Of a DNA stretch of 47,472 nt, positions 46,375 to 47,472 are shown piece by piece (positions within the stretch are counted from its first letter, which is position 1; each line of letters starts with the position of its first letter). This DNA comes from a virus (Duplodnaviria; Heunggongvirae; Uroviricota; Caudoviricetes). The translations under genes were made by a program, and so were the position numbers. Below the pieces are notes generated by a model. The model did no database searches. It was not told the origin of the DNA and saw only the letters and a list, made by a program, of their open reading frames with translations. Location of the stretch: IMG/VR virus record IMGVR_UViG_2698536559_000020. One strand, given 5' to 3'.

Positions 46375-47472
46375 TCAAGAGGTCTTGTTTCTGCTCCTTT
46401 GGAGTTCTTCAAAACGATTATGTAAAGATTTCGGATACAGTTCGGTATATACCTGCCATAGCACGTTTAATGAACGATGCCCTGTAACCTGAGCGACTTC
46501 CTCAATACTAAAACCAGCCTCAAATAAGCGACTTGCCCCTTCCCTACGCAAATCATGGTATCGCAGATCTTTAATACCTAATTTGCTTCTTACCCTCTGA
46601 AATCCTGCGGTAACAGAAGTGCTGTTATATGGAAAAATGAATTCTGATTTTTGGGGTTGTTGCTGGACGATATCCCAGGCTTCCCCAAGCAAGGCAACTT
46701 TCATATGGTTGCCTTCCTTTTTACGTGGATCTTTCCTATCTCTTACTAGTATAGATTTTTGTTCCTGGTCGAGATCTTCCCATCGTAACCGGCATACTTC
46801 TCCAATTCGCATACAGGACCACACAGAAAATTTGAGGATATCAACGAACGGAATTTTTGAGCATTTATGAGTAGATCGTTGTTGAAGGCCTTCAATGAGC
46901 ATGTCCAGTTCATCAGATGCTGGTCTACGATTACGACGGTTTGATTTACCAATCAAACCGAGTTTAAGTAGATATGGACGAGCGCTTTTCGCCGGGTTTG
47001 ATGTGTAATTGATTCCGTATACAGGTTTTGCCGCATCCAGAACACTGCCAAGATAACTAACATCGTGGCTGACTGTTGCTGGGCCTGCACCAGCGTTGTT
47101 TCTTAGTCTGCAATGTTCAATTACGTCATTTTCTGTCAGTTCAGATAGTTTGATCGCGGAGATGTCGCTATCCATAAGTAGTTCCAGCACATATCTTTTA
47201 GTACGGCCTGCTTTACCTCCGGCATTTGGGTCATTTAAATATTTGTGTAGTAAGTCACGGACTGTAAGTCCGTCAACAGCATTTGATGATGGAATGCCAT
47301 ATAGATCTAATTCCATCACTTTCTGTGCGCCCCATGTTTTGGCATGAGCATGTTTAGGGAATGTTTTGCTTTCCCTGTAAGTGATAACACCTTTTTCTTT
47401 GATAATCACATTACAGCGATAGCGTGGTGTGCCATCGGATTTTAGTCGTTTCTCTATGTTATAGTACGCCAT
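46375..47472 (-). CDS. int: tyrosine integrase (phage integrase family)
   Basis: C-terminal catalytic residues (…HDLRREGASRL… HxxR; …GHRSLNVLWQVY… Tyr); start codon is the last three bases of the window. Confidence 0.85.
   Translation of the reverse strand: MAYYNIEKRLKSDGTPRYRCNVIIKEKGVITYRESKTFPKHAHAKTWGAQKVMELDLYGIPSSNAVDGLTVRDLLHKYLNDPNAGGKAGRTKRYVLELLMDSDISAIKLSELTENDVIEHCRLRNNAGAGPATVSHDVSYLGSVLDAAKPVYGINYTSNPAKSARPYLLKLGLIGKSNRRNRRPASDELDMLIEGLQQRSTHKCSKIPFVDILKFSVWSCMRIGEVCRLRWEDLDQEQKSILVRDRKDPRKKEGNHMKVALLGEAWDIVQQQPQKSEFIFPYNSTSVTAGFQRVRSKLGIKDLRYHDLRREGASRLFEAGFSIEEVAQVTGHRSLNVLWQVYTELYPKSLHNRFEELQRSRNKTS

Overview
The window is almost entirely one temperate-phage (prophage) genome of about 47 kb from an enterobacterial host. 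All calls rest on reading the supplied six-frame translations and the DNA by eye; no database search or folding was run, so family names are recognition-level. The architecture is a mosaic: lambdoid regulation and replication, lambda-like cos packaging and head genes, and a Mu-like contractile tail (the SfV-type arrangement). Left to right: two AT-rich cargo ORFs (1-633); a leftward early operon (681-6532) with an excisionase-like gene, DEDDh exonuclease, DUF551 proteins, an HD hydrolase and a YfdQ-like protein; a CI/Cro-type immunity region with operators (6600-7925); YdaT-like, a replication initiator with internal iterons, PerC-like, Dam methyltransferase, a LexA DNA-binding-domain-only homolog, RusA, KilA-N, a DUF968-like protein and antiterminator Q (7915-14287); a late promoter and terminator followed by four tightly packed tRNAs (14674-14983); a moron block (15311-18977) with a 2-TM protein, a Rha cassette, a reverse-strand ORF and two glycosyltransferase-like genes; the lysis cassette (18979-20480); terS/terL, portal, protease, scaffold, decoration and capsid genes (22836-30313); sheath, tube, frameshifted chaperone, tape measure, baseplate and tail fibre genes (31390-44141); and reverse-strand cargo (alpha/beta hydrolase, DinI-like gene with tandem SOS boxes) ending in a tyrosine integrase at the right edge. 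I did not find a recognisable complete defence system; the most unusual items are a roughly 400 bp GC-rich structured non-coding block in the early operon, the uncleavable LexA mimic plus SOS-boxed dinI, the glycosyltransferase pair ahead of the holin, and a GGTAAC repeat array in terS.
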